From the NCBI GenBank assembly GCA_964616245.1, contig CAZTRQ010000003.1:1-50073 (forward strand): 50,073 nt of DNA, read 5' to 3'. The position numbers and the translations under genes were made by a program. Origin of the DNA: an uncultured Spirochaetaceae bacterium (lineage in GTDB: Bacteria; Spirochaetota; Spirochaetia; DSM-27196; PWMO01). Below are positions 8,779 through 21,451 of this stretch, one piece after another (the first letter of the stretch is position 1; each line of letters opens with the position of its first letter). The notes beneath the pieces are model-generated. The model made no database searches. It saw only the letters and a program-made list of their open reading frames with translations, and was not told the origin of the DNA.

Positions 8779-9960
8779 TTAGGATTCCAGGGCGGCTATT
8801 CCGGGGAGGACCTTTCCTTCGAGGTACTCTAAGGAGGCTCCACCCCCGGTAGAGACGTGGTCGATCTTATCGGCGAGGCCAAACTTATTGACCGCGGCAA
8901 TAGAGTCTCCCCCACCCACGATGGTTGTCCCGGAACAATCCGCCACGAAGCGCGCCACTTCCAGGGTGCCTTTCGCGAAGGCGTCGAACTCGAAAACACC
9001 GAGGGGACCGTTCCAGACCACTGTCTTGGCACCGCGGATTACTCCGCCGATTCGTTCGATGGTTTTGGGACCGATGTCCATACCAATTTTTCCGTCGGGA
9101 ATGTCGATACCGTCGACGGCTTCCGGGGAAGCGTCCTCGGAGAACTCCGACGCAACAAGATGATCTCCGGGAAGGACGATTTCCACGCCCCGCCGATCCG
9201 CTTCCTCGATAAGCTCTGCGGCGGTATCGAGGTACTCTTCTTCCAACATCGATTTGCCGATGGCATGCCCCTTTACCTTCAAGAAGGTGTAGGCCATTCC
9301 GCCCCCGATGATAAGTGTTTTACACGTCTCCAGCAGGGTACGCAGGACGCCGATCTTCGAGCTGACTTTCGCTCCGCCGATAATCGCCACCATCGGCTGC
9401 GCCGGATCAGTCAGAACCGGTTTAAAGAAGGCGACCTCCTTTTCGATCAGGAGGCCTGCGTAGGCCGGCAAATGATGGGCAACACCTTCGGTCGACGCGT
9501 GGGCCCGGTGTGCCGACCCGAAGGCGTCGTTAACGTAGATGTCGCCGAGGGACGCAAGCTTCTTGGCGAAGCCGGCGTCGTTGTCCGTCTCCTCCTTATG
9601 GAAGCGGACGTTCTCGAGGAGGAGAACGTCGCCGTTCTTTAACTCCGACACCATCTTTTCGACCTCGGGACCAACACAGTCCGGAGCCATCTGCGCCGGG
9701 TGTCCAAGGACGGAGGAAAGCTTCTCCGCGACAGGTGCCAGAGAATAGGCGTCGTCCCGCTTTCCCTTCGGGCGGCCCAGGTGGGTCATAAGGATCAACT
9801 TTGTCCCGGACTGGTCCAAGATGTACTTGAGCGTCGGGAGCGCAGCCCGAATACGCGTGTCGTCCGTGACGACGCCGTCCTTTACCGGGACATTGAAGTC
9901 GACACGAACGAGAACTCGCTTTCCGCTTAAATCCGCGTCTTTGACGGTGCGCAGTGCCAT
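8779..9960 (-). CDS. pgk: Phosphoglycerate kinase
   Basis: 393 aa. Motifs [32 protein letters not shown]. Confidence 0.96.
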   Translation of the reverse strand: MALRTVKDADLSGKRVLVRVDFNVPVKDGVVTDDTRIRAALPTLKYILDQSGTKLILMTHLGRPKGKRDDAYSLAPVAEKLSSVLGHPAQMAPDCVGPEVEKMVSELKNGDVLLLENVRFHKEETDNDAGFAKKLASLGDIYVNDAFGSAHRAHASTEGVAHHLPAYAGLLIEKEVAFFKPVLTDPAQPMVAIIGGAKVSSKIGVLRTLLETCKTLIIGGGMAYTFLKVKGHAIGKSMLEEEYLDTAAELIEEADRRGVEIVLPGDHLVASEFSEDASPEAVDGIDIPDGKIGMDIGPKTIERIGGVIRGAKTVVWNGPLGVFEFDAFAKGTLEVARFVADCSGTTIVGGGDSIAAVNKFGLADKIDHVSTGGGASLEYLEGKVLPGIAALES

Positions 9961-9969
9961 AGTAATTCC

Positions 9970-10992
<1,023 letters not shown>

Positions 10993-11002
10993 CTATGCTA
11001 GG

Positions 11003-11032
11003 ACTATACAAAGAAAGCCGACCCGCGGTCAA
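11003..11032 (-). promoter_or_regulatory. Candidate sigma70-type promoter for gap-pgk-tpiA-secG (TTGACC-N18-TATAGT on the minus strand)
   Basis: Read by eye in the 76-nt spacer upstream of gap. -35 at 11027-11032 and -10 at 11003-11008, followed by GGAGG and the gap ATG. Confidence 0.4.
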
Positions 11033-11044
11033 CGAAGCCAAAAG

Positions 11045-13024
11045 CTAGGGTATGCTCCGAATCCGGGTGTAGAGCAGGGGGAAGAGGGGGCTCTCGGAGA
11101 CGACGATCTCTTCCCCGGGGAGCAAGACGTCGTCGCCGACGAGGATGATATCGGTAAACCCTCGGGGAGCGATGGTAACCTCGCTCACCAGATCGTCGAG
11201 ACGAGTGACGGTCGCCGTGCCGAGGACTCCATCTTCGGAATACTCGAATCCGAGGGCGTCGCGTCGGGGGAGGAGGCCACCCGAGCGTAGCACCACGAGC
11301 TCGTCCCCTACTTCGATACCGTCTACCCGGCCGAGGGAGACCGAAGCACGGTCCCCACTTCGCTTAAGTACTCGTCCCCGCCGGGGAAGCCCGGCTTCGA
11401 GCTCTTGCATCAAGGCGAACACCCCCCTCTCGAAGCGGTAGGGACCGCTCCTCGAGGCCTCGATATCGCCGATGTGCCCCCCGGTTCGGCCGGAATAGAG
11501 CTCCAACCGGATCGTAAGGGTCCGCTGATGATCCTCCGCCCCCACAACCAGGTAGTAATCCATGCCGGCCGTCCGGGCTCGGGAGAATGCGTCGGAGAGG
11601 GAGGCAACATCGGTCTCTCCGCCGGCGGGTTCTAGGGCTTCCACGGCGAAGAGTTGGTCCCGGATGTAGCGTCCCAGGGCTGCTCCGGCACCGGGGTACG
11701 GGAGCGAGACTCGATCTGGGGTCACAAAAACGCCAAAGGTCAGCCGTTGCCGTTCGAGGTCGAACTGCGGCAGTTCCCAGGATGCGGATACCTCGTCGGC
11801 AAGAAGGCTCTCGTAGCCTTCGATCGTATCCGCTGTTTCGACATCGGCGTTCCCGAGGGCGTCGAGGACCGTCAATTCTCGAAGGAACCGAGAGCGATAG
11901 CCCTGGTACCGGAGAAGATCCGCGTAGAGGTTACGTCCCGGAGCCGAGTACGGGTTAAGACGAAGCGCCCGCCGGGCGGCCGATCGAGCCCGGATAAAGA
12001 GGTTCTCTTCGGTAAGCTCCCGAGCCCGGGACACCCGGTATTGGGCGAGCTCGCCACGCTCCGGCGCTTCGGCGGGGAGGGCGTTCAAAGAGATGTCTTC
12101 GGCGACGATACGCGGAATCTCTTCCTGGGGCGAGAGAGCCAGAAGTCGCTCCAAGGCATCTAAGGCCTCCTCGGGTCGCGCCAACCGCTCGAGAACAAGG
12201 GCACGAAGGTACCAGCCGGCGAGTCTGTTATCCGACTCCCGGAGGAGCTGCATACTCACCTGTTCCGCCTCGAGGTACGCTCCACTCTCCAGGAGTCCCC
12301 GGAGAAGTGTCTCCCGGGTCCGGGAGCTATCCGAAACCTCGAGGGCCCGGCGAGCCAGCTCGACGGCCCGTTCCGGACGATCCCGCCGGAGGTAGAACTC
12401 CGCTCCAAGGGCGTTGACAACCGGATCCAGACCGTGGCTCCGGAGGGCACGAAGCAGAAAGGTCTCGGCTTCCGCGACGTCCCCCCGGTACTCGGTAAGG
12501 AGGGCCAGAGACAGGAGGGTCCGCCGGTCCTCCGGCACGCGCCGCCGAAGCTCTTCGAAGCGTTGTCGACCCTCTTCGATGCGCCCCACGGCTATCGAGA
12601 GCTCCGCCAGGCCCGCTAATGCCTCGGGGTTATTCGGCCGCCGCCCAAGAATCGCACGGTAGGTCTCCTCGGCCTCTATCATCCTTCCGAGACCAACCAG
12701 GACTCGTCCCCGGAGCGCCATCGACGGCGGGTCGAAGCCGAGAAGGGGCCGAGCGCTATCGACGTACTCCAAGGCCTGGTCGTACTCCCCAAGATAGAAA
12801 AGCAGACGGGCAAGTCCGACCATCGGCTCGGGATAGGACGGATTCGCATCGAGGGAGGCCTCGAACTTCTGAAACGCTTCGAAAATCTCCAGGCGCTGAA
12901 AAGCGGCCTCCCCTTCTTGGTAGGCTTCCACCGCCGGGGCCTGGGCCGACACCGGGAGAGCCACCGCGACGAGAAACCACAGAAGAGAGGATAAACGCGC
13001 ATCCCGGGGGCTGTTCCGGATCAC
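11045..13024 (-). CDS. Exported TPR-repeat protein with a non-TPR C-terminal domain
   Basis: 659 aa. Signal peptide (LLWFLVAVALPVSAQA). About 380 aa of TPR-like repeats. A roughly 250-aa beta-rich C-terminal part (GRVDGIEVGDELVVLR...). GTG start sharing one nt with the corC stop (TAGTG). Confidence 0.7.
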   Translation of the reverse strand: MIRNSPRDARLSSLLWFLVAVALPVSAQAPAVEAYQEGEAAFQRLEIFEAFQKFEASLDANPSYPEPMVGLARLLFYLGEYDQALEYVDSARPLLGFDPPSMALRGRVLVGLGRMIEAEETYRAILGRRPNNPEALAGLAELSIAVGRIEEGRQRFEELRRRVPEDRRTLLSLALLTEYRGDVAEAETFLLRALRSHGLDPVVNALGAEFYLRRDRPERAVELARRALEVSDSSRTRETLLRGLLESGAYLEAEQVSMQLLRESDNRLAGWYLRALVLERLARPEEALDALERLLALSPQEEIPRIVAEDISLNALPAEAPERGELAQYRVSRARELTEENLFIRARSAARRALRLNPYSAPGRNLYADLLRYQGYRSRFLRELTVLDALGNADVETADTIEGYESLLADEVSASWELPQFDLERQRLTFGVFVTPDRVSLPYPGAGAALGRYIRDQLFAVEALEPAGGETDVASLSDAFSRARTAGMDYYLVVGAEDHQRTLTIRLELYSGRTGGHIGDIEASRSGPYRFERGVFALMQELEAGLPRRGRVLKRSGDRASVSLGRVDGIEVGDELVVLRSGGLLPRRDALGFEYSEDGVLGTATVTRLDDLVSEVTIAPRGFTDIILVGDDVLLPGEEIVVSESPLFPLLYTRIRSIP

Positions 13025-13815
13025 TATTCCTCCGAAGTGCCGGGTCTAGCGGCGAGAACGAGCTTAACCGTGCGGATCTTGTGCCCCTCCATGTCCTGAA
13101 TGACAAAATCGGTGGTGTTGAAGGAGACCTTTTCGTACTTGACCGGAATCTTGCCGAAGAGGTCGAAGACGAAGCCGCCGAGGGTGTCGAACTTTTCTTC
13201 CGGCAGTCCCAACCCGAGGGCCTCGTTCAGATCCTCGATGGCAACTCTCGCGTCGCAGAGGTAGGTGTTATCCGCAAGGGGCAGAATGTCTTCCCGCTCG
13301 TTGTCGTACTCGTCTTGGATGTCTCCCACGATCTCTTCGATGATATCCTCGAGACAGACGATTCCCGAAACGCCGCCGTACTCGTCGACGGCCACGGCTA
13401 TATGGACCCGGCGCCGTTTCATCTCCCGCATCAAAGCGTCGAGACGCTTACTCTCGGGAACGAAATAGGCCTTCCGAATGATGGTGTCGAGGTCGATCGG
13501 GTCGTCGGAAACGAGGTAGCGCAAAAGGTCTTTGACGTAGAGAATGCCGATTACGTTATCAATTGTGTCCTTGTACACCGGAAAGCGGGAGTGACCGTAC
13601 TGGACGACCTTATCGACGATCTCCTTGGCCCCGAAGTCCAGTCCGACGAAGGCCACGTCTATACGGGGGACCATGACCTCCCGGACGGTAGTATCCGACA
13701 GTTCTACGATGCCGCGAATCATGTCCCTCTTCTCGAGGGTCAGGGCCGGATATTCCCCATCCTCGTCTCGGTCTTCCGAGGAGAAGAGCTTGCGAAAGAA
13801 ACCCTGATGTTTCAA
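13024..13815 (-). CDS. corC: CorC/YbeX-type CBS-pair + CorC_HlyC domain protein (Mg/Co efflux-associated, hemolysin-like)
   Basis: Core sequence VREVMVPRIDV...CBS pair...GGFVFDLFGKIP. I trimmed the track ORF (to 13953) to a TTG at 13815-13813. That TTG overlaps the ybeY TGA (TTGA) and has GGAGGA 9 nt upstream. The longer version would overlap ybeY by 142 nt with an Arg/Gly-rich extension. Confidence 0.85.
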   Translation of the reverse strand: MKHQGFFRKLFSSEDRDEDGEYPALTLEKRDMIRGIVELSDTTVREVMVPRIDVAFVGLDFGAKEIVDKVVQYGHSRFPVYKDTIDNVIGILYVKDLLRYLVSDDPIDLDTIIRKAYFVPESKRLDALMREMKRRRVHIAVAVDEYGGVSGIVCLEDIIEEIVGDIQDEYDNEREDILPLADNTYLCDARVAIEDLNEALGLGLPEEKFDTLGGFVFDLFGKIPVKYEKVSFNTTDFVIQDMEGHKIRTVKLVLAARPGTSEE

Positions 13816-14237
13816 AGCAAAAAGTCCTCCGAAATGTCGTCGACGACCGCCTCCTGCCGCCGATCCATATCGGCCTTTTTCTCCGGAGTGTCGTGATCGT
13901 ACCCGGCGAGGTGGAGCAGCCCGTGTGCCGTTAGCCGGATAAGATGCTTCCACTGCCCTGCGTACTCTAGCGAAATAGCGATGTCTCCGACAACCCCGTC
14001 GTACTGGTCGAATCCGATGCCCCGCTCCTCCTGGGGAAAAGAAAGCACATCGGTAGCGCTATCCTCATCGCGGTAGCTTCGGTTGAGTTCCCGCATCCTC
14101 TCATTATCGCATAGCAGAATCGACACCTCCCATCCCTCGGCGCCGAATCCATCGAGGGCTTCCCGGCAGCTCTCGCGGTAGCTTTCCAGCCAAGGAGGTT
14201 CATCTCTGCCGACCAGGGAGACATCGACGCTATTCAC
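13812..14237 (-). CDS. ybeY: rRNA maturation endoribonuclease YbeY
   Basis: 141 aa. Zinc motif HGLLHLAGYDH. GTG start. Sits between phoH and corC as in the E. coli ybeZYX arrangement. Confidence 0.9.
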   Translation of the reverse strand: MNSVDVSLVGRDEPPWLESYRESCREALDGFGAEGWEVSILLCDNERMRELNRSYRDEDSATDVLSFPQEERGIGFDQYDGVVGDIAISLEYAGQWKHLIRLTAHGLLHLAGYDHDTPEKKADMDRRQEAVVDDISEDFLL

Positions 14238-15183
14238 GTTGCTCGTTCGCCTCGTAGGCCTCGACGATCCGTTTTACCAGTCGACTGCGAACGACGTCCC
14301 GGCTGGTAAAGTAGGAAAAGTGTATGCCCGGGATGCCGCTGAGGAGCCGAACGACGTGGAGCAAACCCGAATCCTTTGCCTTCGAAAGGTCGATTTGGGT
14401 GATGTCTCCGGTGACGACTGCCGTCGTTCCTTCGCCGAGTCGGGTCAAGAACATCTTCATCTGTTCCCGGGTCGTGTTCTGTGCCTCGTCGAGGATTACG
14501 CAGCAGTCGTTGAGGCTTCGCCCCCTCATATACGCAAGGGGGGAGATCTCGATGATTCGGTTCTCCTCGAGGCGCTCCATCGTCTCCGGGGGAATAAGCG
14601 ATTCCATCGCGTCGTAGAGAGGACGAAGGTAGGGGTGGAGCTTCTGGGCCAGATCCCCGGGCAGGTAGCCGAGCCGCTCCCCCGCCTCTACTACCGGCCG
14701 TGTGAGTATGAGCTTTCGCTTCCGGCGGGCGAGAACCTCCCGTAGGGCGTGGGCCACCGCAAGGTAGGTCTTGCCGGTTCCCGCGGGCCCGATACCAAAG
14801 ACGAGATCTTGCGTTCCCATGGCCTCGACGTAGGAAGCCTGCCCGGCGCTTCTGGGATACACGGTTCTCCCGGAGGAAACCTCGACGGATTTGCTCCGAA
14901 GCGCTTCTCCGGCACTCTCGTCGGTCATCGAGGAGTAGACCGATCGAATAAGCTCGGGTCCTACCGGCTGCCCAAGACGAACATATTGCTTGAGTTCTTC
15001 GAGGACCCTCAGAAGGGTGTCCCCCGTCGTTCCGTCGCTTCCTTCGAGAAAAAGCTCGTTGCCCCGAGAGTGAATCCGAGCGTCCAAGAGCTCCTCGAGG
15101 ACCCGGAGGTTACTGTCGTTGGCCCCGCACACTTCCGAGGCCAGGCCAGGACTGTCAAGTACTACCGTAGCGTTAGCGCTCAA
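14230..15183 (-). CDS. phoH: PhoH-family ATPase (YbeZ-like)
   Basis: 317 aa. Walker A GPAGTGKTYLAVA, Walker B ILDEAQN. TTG start with AAGGAG 5 nt upstream. Confidence 0.9.
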   Translation of the reverse strand: MSANATVVLDSPGLASEVCGANDSNLRVLEELLDARIHSRGNELFLEGSDGTTGDTLLRVLEELKQYVRLGQPVGPELIRSVYSSMTDESAGEALRSKSVEVSSGRTVYPRSAGQASYVEAMGTQDLVFGIGPAGTGKTYLAVAHALREVLARRKRKLILTRPVVEAGERLGYLPGDLAQKLHPYLRPLYDAMESLIPPETMERLEENRIIEISPLAYMRGRSLNDCCVILDEAQNTTREQMKMFLTRLGEGTTAVVTGDITQIDLSKAKDSGLLHVVRLLSGIPGIHFSYFTSRDVVRSRLVKRIVEAYEANEQRE

Positions 15184-15199
15184 TCATGCTCCTTAAAAA

Positions 15200-15229
15200 A
15201 GTATAGAGTCGCCACTTTTATGCGGTCAA
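15200..15229 (-). promoter_or_regulatory. Candidate sigma70-type promoter for phoH-ybeY-corC (TTGACC-N18-TATACT on the minus strand)
   Basis: -35 at 15224-15229 overlaps the stop codon of the LptD-like gene. -10 at 15200-15205. Same hexamers and spacing as the gap candidate. Confidence 0.4.
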
Positions 15230-18200
15230 GGGTTTGGGTCGCTACCGAAGGCGTAGTCGGTAATGTCGTCTTCCCGGGTCACTTGACTTCGGATCTCGGG
15301 GATGGGTTTCCATTCCAGGACAATCTCCATCTGCGGGACCCATTCTAGACGACGATCTCCGCCGTCAATAACCTCTTCCGGAGCTCCGGAGTAGGAAAAG
15401 GTAAGATCCCAGTCACCCATTCTATGAACCGCACTGACCGCGATGCGCTTGAGTTTGAAGAAAGATTCCTCCCGTTCTTGCCGGTTGAAGAAGCTGTAGG
15501 AGTCGGCAAGATCGGTGAACAGGTTTCGCGGCTCCCTTCCAACCTTTTCCGCGAGGCGAGGAACGTACTGGTAGACGAAATCGTTTTCCGAGACGCTCTC
15601 AAAGGTAAGATCCAAGAATTTGTGAATCTTGACGCCTAATCCAAAGGTAATATCGAAGCTGCTCTCCGTATAGCGGAGGAGGTTCATGTTCAGTCCCGAG
15701 GAAACCAACGTCGACAGCAAGAGACGGTTTTTCCACAGCGGGTCGAGCTCTCGATCGAAGTCTAGGGCAACCGTCGCAGAGGTCGGGCGAAGCGTGTCGG
15801 CGCCGACGGGTTGCCAGGGAGACGAAAACCCCTGGAAGACGAAGTCGTCGACAAACTCGTAGTCGCGACTCTTGGTCATCAGGTATTCACTCCTCAGGGG
15901 TCCAAGGACCGCTTCGAGTTTGAAGCTCGTCCACTCGTCCCCCTCGATATCGAAGACCTCAGAGTGGGAGAAGGAGAGCCACCCGAGGGGCGCGATCGTT
16001 TGGGAGCTCGACAGCGGGTTATAGGTCCATTCCCGGTTGTCGTAGACGGCGGAAACGCTGACCGAAGAGGTGACGATTCCGGTAATCGTCGTAAGAGTGC
16101 TCGAGTACTCGTCGGTTAGCGGCGGCAAGGTCGCGCTGAGGTCCAAGGACTGACGGGCCTGCCAGATATCGAGACGAAGCTTCGCGTCGACCTGATGCGC
16201 AGTTACGTAGTCATCGTCCCACCGAAAGGTCCGGTCGTCGTAGACTGGATTGTCGTCGGCGTCCAGGCTGTCGAAGAGTCGCTGGTAGAGTGTCGTGTCG
16301 AGGGAGTAAGAAAGATTTGACGCGTCCCAGTAGGGTTTGCGTTGGAGAAAGAACGAGGTAAGCAGGAGACTGTTTCGAGTCTCCAGCCGGGAAAAATCGA
16401 AGGCCTGCTCTCGTTCCTTGGCGTAATCGTCATCCTCCATCCGGTCGCTATTGTAGAGACTCCGGTAGTTTGCAATAAGGGTGATGGTGTCGTCGTAAAC
16501 GAGGTAGCGGTCGAAGAAATCGGCCTGGTAGAGCAACCGCAGGGTGTTCGTCGTGGTAAAGGTCGACACTTCGTAGGTGTAGTCGACATCCTCGGGCTGC
16601 TTCCACTCCCCGTCGTCGAAGCGGTTCTCCACGGTTACCCGCGGTAACACTTCGTAGCGCAAGGACTGGGTCAGTGGTGGAGCAACCGGTATTCCGACGA
16701 CGTCCCCTTGGAGATCCGGGTAACGTATCCTCGCCGCCTCCGCGTCTTCTGCCTCCCCGACGCCGCCTCCCCGGGGCCACGGAGGCCGAAGGTCTAGGTC
16801 CGGGCTCTCTCCCGGGGACTCTTCTTCCGAATCTTCCCCGGCGCTCCGAGCGGTATCGAAGATGGTTCCGGTTATCCTCATGCGAAGGTCGGGAAAGGTC
16901 AGCGTCTTTGGGACGTAGAATTCAGACTCGGGACTCCGATCCGCCGCTAACGCGGAGTCGCTTAGAAAGACATCCTCGACGTCCCGACTGAGCCAAGAGA
17001 GTCTTCCCTCGAGGTTCTCGATCCGGATGCTCTCCGGTGCCGGAGTGTCGGGATCGAGCTGCCAGGAGTAATTCCCCCGAATACGCCACGTCTGACTGTC
17101 TCGCGTTTCGGGCTCCTCTATCGACTCCTCCTCTCCGCTTCGGATTAACCCCAACCAGTCCATCTCCTCCCCCCGGTCCCGAAAGTCCAGCTCCATAAAG
17201 GGGTCTGAGAAGAGCTCCAGTTGCCCCTCCACCGAACCGGACTCCAGCTCCGAAAGAAAGCTCGCGTCGAAAAGATAGCGCAGCGGGAGGGAAATGGACC
17301 CCAGGTACGCCGTGTTCCAGTCGTCCTCCGCCTCCCCGTCGACGACACGAAACGGAGAATAGGAAAAGGCCCCCTGGGAGTAGACGTGACGACTCGCGGC
17401 GATACTGCTGCGAAACTCCAGGGAATCGAAGAGCCCGACCTCCACGAAGCTACCGTCCATGCCTAGGTGCGCCCCGAGGGTGGTGTAGATATCCGAGAGA
17501 AACTTCAAGGTCCAGTCCGGCTCTTCCTCCTCGGAGGGCTCCTCGATTACCCGGAGAAAGAGACCTTCGCGCTCCCGCGGAACCTCGCCGCTACCCTCCT
17601 CCGCTATCTGAAGAAAGGATATCGGAGACGACGTCTCTTCTTTCCGGCCGAGGAGGTAGGTCGTCGTCTGTATGTAGGTTCCTTCCCGGCTCCGATATCC
17701 AACCGAAGGGTGAAAGAAGAGCTTATCCCCTGGGCGGAAGAAGAAGGGAAAATAAAACACCGGAATCCGGCCCACGTGGAGCGCGGCGTGCTGAAGTCCC
17801 CATTCCCCCACGTCGAGGAGCCAGATCTTTCGGGCCCGAATCTGGTAGTTCGGCGGGTCCGCCTCGGAGGAGGTTATAACGCCGTCTTCCATCACGATAA
17901 TATCGTCCGGAGACCGGGTGACGACGGATCCCGAATAGGTAAACGTAAGCTCTTCGTCTTCGATTGTCCGGGGACGCCGGGACGCCCCGTCGATAAAGAT
18001 ACCTTCCCAGGTATCGAGGTAGAATGTCAGTCGCTCCCCACGGAAGGTCTCGGTACCGTCGGCCCGCTCGATAGTGTATTGCACTCCACCGAGGGCCGTT
18101 AGGGCCTGCTCCTCTTGGTTAACGACGATCTCTTCGGCCTCGATTCGGTGGACCGCGCCCTCCTCCTGGTCCTCGAGCGTAAGAACGACACCGCCCCGGA

Positions 18201-18555
18201 GCCGGACGTAACCCTCCTCGACCGCTTCGATCTCGAAGTAGTCGGTTTCGAGCGCAGAGTCGATGGTCAAAACCCGCCCCCCCTCCGGAGAAGTCCCCTG
18301 CTCCGACGGCTCTAACTCGTAGTAGCCGAAGAGCCGGGCCTCCAAGTCGCTCCGCCCGCCTTGGGTCGAGAGTCCGAGACTCTCCAACCACGCCGAAAGC
18401 TCGTAGAACCCGGCGGTGCGAATATCTTGGGCGAGGGTCCGTCGTAGAAGCGACTCCCGGATTTCGGTTTCGGCAGCGTCGCTCTCTTGAGCCGTCAGCG
18501 GTATCACGGTCACCAAAACGAGACACCCCGACAGGAAGAGAACCAGGGGCCTCAC
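15226..18555 (-). CDS. Large exported protein, LptD/OstA-like outer-membrane protein candidate
   Basis: 1109 aa. Signal peptide ([23 protein letters not shown]). SAP/HeH-like motif at aa 45-76. Long beta-rich, aromatic-rich remainder. The family call rests mainly on my recollection that Borrelia BB0838 (about 1100 aa, LptD-like) sits next to uvrA BB0837. GTG start in a GTGA overlap with the uvrA stop. Confidence 0.55.
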   Translation of the reverse strand: MRPLVLFLSGCLVLVTVIPLTAQESDAAETEIRESLLRRTLAQDIRTAGFYELSAWLESLGLSTQGGRSDLEARLFGYYELEPSEQGTSPEGGRVLTIDSALETDYFEIEAVEEGYVRLRGGVVLTLEDQEEGAVHRIEAEEIVVNQEEQALTALGGVQYTIERADGTETFRGERLTFYLDTWEGIFIDGASRRPRTIEDEELTFTYSGSVVTRSPDDIIVMEDGVITSSEADPPNYQIRARKIWLLDVGEWGLQHAALHVGRIPVFYFPFFFRPGDKLFFHPSVGYRSREGTYIQTTTYLLGRKEETSSPISFLQIAEEGSGEVPREREGLFLRVIEEPSEEEEPDWTLKFLSDIYTTLGAHLGMDGSFVEVGLFDSLEFRSSIAASRHVYSQGAFSYSPFRVVDGEAEDDWNTAYLGSISLPLRYLFDASFLSELESGSVEGQLELFSDPFMELDFRDRGEEMDWLGLIRSGEEESIEEPETRDSQTWRIRGNYSWQLDPDTPAPESIRIENLEGRLSWLSRDVEDVFLSDSALAADRSPESEFYVPKTLTFPDLRMRITGTIFDTARSAGEDSEEESPGESPDLDLRPPWPRGGGVGEAEDAEAARIRYPDLQGDVVGIPVAPPLTQSLRYEVLPRVTVENRFDDGEWKQPEDVDYTYEVSTFTTTNTLRLLYQADFFDRYLVYDDTITLIANYRSLYNSDRMEDDDYAKEREQAFDFSRLETRNSLLLTSFFLQRKPYWDASNLSYSLDTTLYQRLFDSLDADDNPVYDDRTFRWDDDYVTAHQVDAKLRLDIWQARQSLDLSATLPPLTDEYSSTLTTITGIVTSSVSVSAVYDNREWTYNPLSSSQTIAPLGWLSFSHSEVFDIEGDEWTSFKLEAVLGPLRSEYLMTKSRDYEFVDDFVFQGFSSPWQPVGADTLRPTSATVALDFDRELDPLWKNRLLLSTLVSSGLNMNLLRYTESSFDITFGLGVKIHKFLDLTFESVSENDFVYQYVPRLAEKVGREPRNLFTDLADSYSFFNRQEREESFFKLKRIAVSAVHRMGDWDLTFSYSGAPEEVIDGGDRRLEWVPQMEIVLEWKPIPEIRSQVTREDDITDYAFGSDPNP

Positions 18556-21380
18556 CGACGCGCCTTTAGTACCTCGGCGACGAAGCGACCGGTGTGGGAT
18601 TCCTTCGATTGGGCGACGGCCTCCGGAGTTCCGACGGCGACGACGGTCCCCCCGCGATTTCCTCCCTCCGGACCCAGGTCGATCAGGTGGTCAGCCTGGA
18701 GAATGACGTCGAGATTGTGCTCGATGACGATAACCGTGTTCCCCTTGTCTACCAGCAGATTCAAGACCTCCAGGAGCTTCTTTACGTCGGCAAAATGCAA
18801 GCCGGTTGTCGGCTCGTCGAGGATGTAGAGCGTCTTCCCGGTGCTTCTCTTTGAGAGCTCGAGGGAGAGCTTTACCCGTTGCGCCTCCCCACCGGAAAGA
18901 GTGACCGCCGACTGACCGAGACAAATATAGTCCAGGCCCACCGCCTGCAAGGTTTCGAGGCGACGGACCACCTGGGGGATCGCGGAGAAGAATTCCAAGG
19001 CCTCTTCTATCGACATCTCGAGGACGTCGTGAATGTTCTTTCCCTTGTAGTGGATATCAAGGGTTTCCCGGTTAAAGCGGCGCCCGTGACAGACGTCGCA
19101 GGTTACATAGACATCCGGGAGAAAGTGCATCTCGATCTTTATGGTCCCGGCGCCCTGACAGTTTTCGCACCGCCCTCCCTTGACGTTGAAGGAAAAACGC
19201 CCCGGCTTGTAGCCCCGGGCCCGGGACTCGGGAAGAGCTGCGAAGAGCTCACGGATTGGGGTAAACACCCCGACGTAGGTCGCCGGATTCGACCGCGGGG
19301 TCCGGCCGATGGGGCTCTGGTCGATATTGATTATTTTATCTACGTACTCGGTACCGGAAACCTTCTTGTGCCGCCCGACCGGATGGTGAGACCGGTTTAG
19401 CCGGTTCGCTATCGCGGGGTAGGTAACGTCGCTCAAAAGGGTCGATTTGCCGGACCCGGAAACACCGGTTATCGCGATAAAGGTCCCGAGGGGATAATCG
19501 ACGTCGACCGACTTGAGGTTGTGCTCTTCGATGCCGGTAATCGACAAGAGCTTTCCCGTCCCTTCCCGGCGCCTCTCGGGGATCGGGATCGTGATCGCTC
19601 CCGAAAGGTACTGCCCCGTAAGGCTCTCCGGGTTCCCCATGACCGACTCCGGGGTTCCCTCGGCGACCACAATGCCGCCGTGGATGCCGGCCCCGGGGCC
19701 CAAGTCGACGATGTAATCCGCCATTCGCAGAGTCTGCTCGTCGTGCTCGACTACGATCAGGGTATTGCCGAGATCCCGGAGATGAAAGAGGGTGTTCAAC
19801 AGCCGTTCGTTGTCCCGTTGGTGAAGGCCAATCGTCGGCTCGTCGAGGATGTAGAGAACCCCTACCAGCGAAGAGCCAATCTGGGTTGCCAGGCGTATCC
19901 GCTGCGCCTCCCCACCGGAGAGGGTCCCGGCGTTGCGATCCAAGGTCAGATACTCGAGGCCTACGCTTTTCATAAAGGTCAGCCGAGATTCGATCTCCTT
20001 GAGGATCTCCCGGGTAATTTCGACCTCGGTATCGGTCATCTTCAGGGCGTCGAAGAAACCGAGCGCTTCCTCGACGGACATCGTCGTGACGTCGTGGATA
20101 CTCTTACCGTTGATAAGGACACTCAGGGCCTCGGGTCGAAGCCGCCGCCCCCGGCAGCTCGGACAGACGCGTTGCGACATGTACCCCTCTAGCCATTCCT
20201 TGACTCCGTCCGAGGTACTCTCGATGTAGCGCCGTTTGAGGTCTTCCAAGACTCCCGGGAAGGGCGCCTGGTACTCGAACTTTCCCGTCCGATCACGATT
20301 GACGTAGGTTACCTCAATCGCCTCCCCGGTACCGTGCCAGATAGCGTCGAGAACCTTCTTTGGGAGCTCTCCGACTGGAGTGTCGAGGGAAAACCCGAGA
20401 TGGTCCGCGAGTGCGCTAAATCGGCTCCGGTGCCACGCCGCCTTCGGATTGTACGGCTTAAGGCCGCCTTGGTTAAAGGAGAGGGTCGGGTCGGGGACGA
20501 TCAGCTCCTGGTCGAACTCCAGGGTCATACCGAGGCCGGAACAGGCGGGACAGGCGCCGAAGGGGCTGTTGAAACTAAAGAGCCGTGGCTCCAATTCGGG
20601 AAACACCAAATCGCTATCCGGGTAGGCGTAGTTCTGGGAAAAGCTCTCTTCGAAGCTCTCCTTCCCCTCCTGTCGAAGCACGACGACCATCCCGTTGGCC
20701 GTCGTCGCCGCGGTTTCGACGGCCTCGGCGAGGCGCTTTCGCTGATCCCTGCGAACTTTGAGTCTGTCGACAACGATCTCGACGCTGTGTTTACGCTTCT
20801 TGTCGAGGCTTATCTCCTCCTCCAGGGCGACGACCTCTCCATCGATCCTCGCCCGGACGAAACCGGCCTTCTTCGCATCCTCCAGAATTTTTCGGTGCTC
20901 CCCTTTTCGGCCCCGAACCACGGGAGCGAGGATCATGAGCCGAGTATCCTCGGGGTGAGTAAGAATTCGGTCGACTATCTCGTCGATGGTCTGCTTTTCG
21001 ATGCGTTTCCCGCTTATCGGGTCGTGGGGCACCCCAACTCGGGCAAAGAGCAGGCGGTAGTAATCGTAGATTTCGGTGACAGTACCCACGGTCGACCGAG
21101 GGTTGCGGTTCGTCGATTTCTGCTCGATCGATATCGCCGGAGAAAGCCCCTCGATGTAGTCGACGTCGGGTTTGTCCATACGGCCGAGGAACTGCCGGGC
21201 GTAAGCCGAAAGCGATTCGACGTACCTTCTTTGCCCTTCGGCGAAGATTGTGTCGAAAGCGAGGGATGATTTTCCCGAGCCACTCAGGCCGGATACAACG
21301 ATAAACTTATCTCGGGGAAGCTCCAGGTCGACGTTCTTAAGGTTGTGTTCCCGGGCCCCGCGGATGATGATTTTTTCCAT
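18552..21380 (-). CDS. uvrA: Excinuclease ABC subunit A
   Basis: 942 aa. Two ABC ATPase modules ([27 protein letters not shown], two LSGGEAQR signatures). Zinc modules ([16 protein letters not shown]). Confidence 0.97.
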   Translation of the reverse strand: MEKIIIRGAREHNLKNVDLELPRDKFIVVSGLSGSGKSSLAFDTIFAEGQRRYVESLSAYARQFLGRMDKPDVDYIEGLSPAISIEQKSTNRNPRSTVGTVTEIYDYYRLLFARVGVPHDPISGKRIEKQTIDEIVDRILTHPEDTRLMILAPVVRGRKGEHRKILEDAKKAGFVRARIDGEVVALEEEISLDKKRKHSVEIVVDRLKVRRDQRKRLAEAVETAATTANGMVVVLRQEGKESFEESFSQNYAYPDSDLVFPELEPRLFSFNSPFGACPACSGLGMTLEFDQELIVPDPTLSFNQGGLKPYNPKAAWHRSRFSALADHLGFSLDTPVGELPKKVLDAIWHGTGEAIEVTYVNRDRTGKFEYQAPFPGVLEDLKRRYIESTSDGVKEWLEGYMSQRVCPSCRGRRLRPEALSVLINGKSIHDVTTMSVEEALGFFDALKMTDTEVEITREILKEIESRLTFMKSVGLEYLTLDRNAGTLSGGEAQRIRLATQIGSSLVGVLYILDEPTIGLHQRDNERLLNTLFHLRDLGNTLIVVEHDEQTLRMADYIVDLGPGAGIHGGIVVAEGTPESVMGNPESLTGQYLSGAITIPIPERRREGTGKLLSITGIEEHNLKSVDVDYPLGTFIAITGVSGSGKSTLLSDVTYPAIANRLNRSHHPVGRHKKVSGTEYVDKIINIDQSPIGRTPRSNPATYVGVFTPIRELFAALPESRARGYKPGRFSFNVKGGRCENCQGAGTIKIEMHFLPDVYVTCDVCHGRRFNRETLDIHYKGKNIHDVLEMSIEEALEFFSAIPQVVRRLETLQAVGLDYICLGQSAVTLSGGEAQRVKLSLELSKRSTGKTLYILDEPTTGLHFADVKKLLEVLNLLVDKGNTVIVIEHNLDVILQADHLIDLGPEGGNRGGTVVAVGTPEAVAQSKESHTGRFVAEVLKARR

Positions 21381-21451
21381 CTGGGTGATCGCGTTGGCGA
21401 TAGCCTATGCTAATCCGGACCGAGGATCAACCGGCGTATTCTTGCCCCTGT

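Noticed and set aside
12619-13896. 425-aa plus-strand ORF.
   Set aside because: It is antisense to the TPR and corC genes, which carry clear family motifs. It is Arg/Pro/Gly-rich with no recognisable domain. This is the expected long antisense ORF of a GC-rich genome.
18523-18534. LSGC in the LptD-like signal sequence, considered as a lipobox.
   Set aside because: The Cys is residue 11, inside the hydrophobic core. Signal-peptidase-I-type cleavage after LTAQ fits better. This cannot be settled without a predictor.
20334-21269. 311-aa plus-strand ORF. The same pattern occurs at 6266-7201, 32150-33070, 34338-35246 and 45422-46120.
   Set aside because: All lie antisense to strongly supported genes (uvrA, the J-protein, mutS2, murI, ilvN) and have no recognisable domains. 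Treated as GC artefacts.
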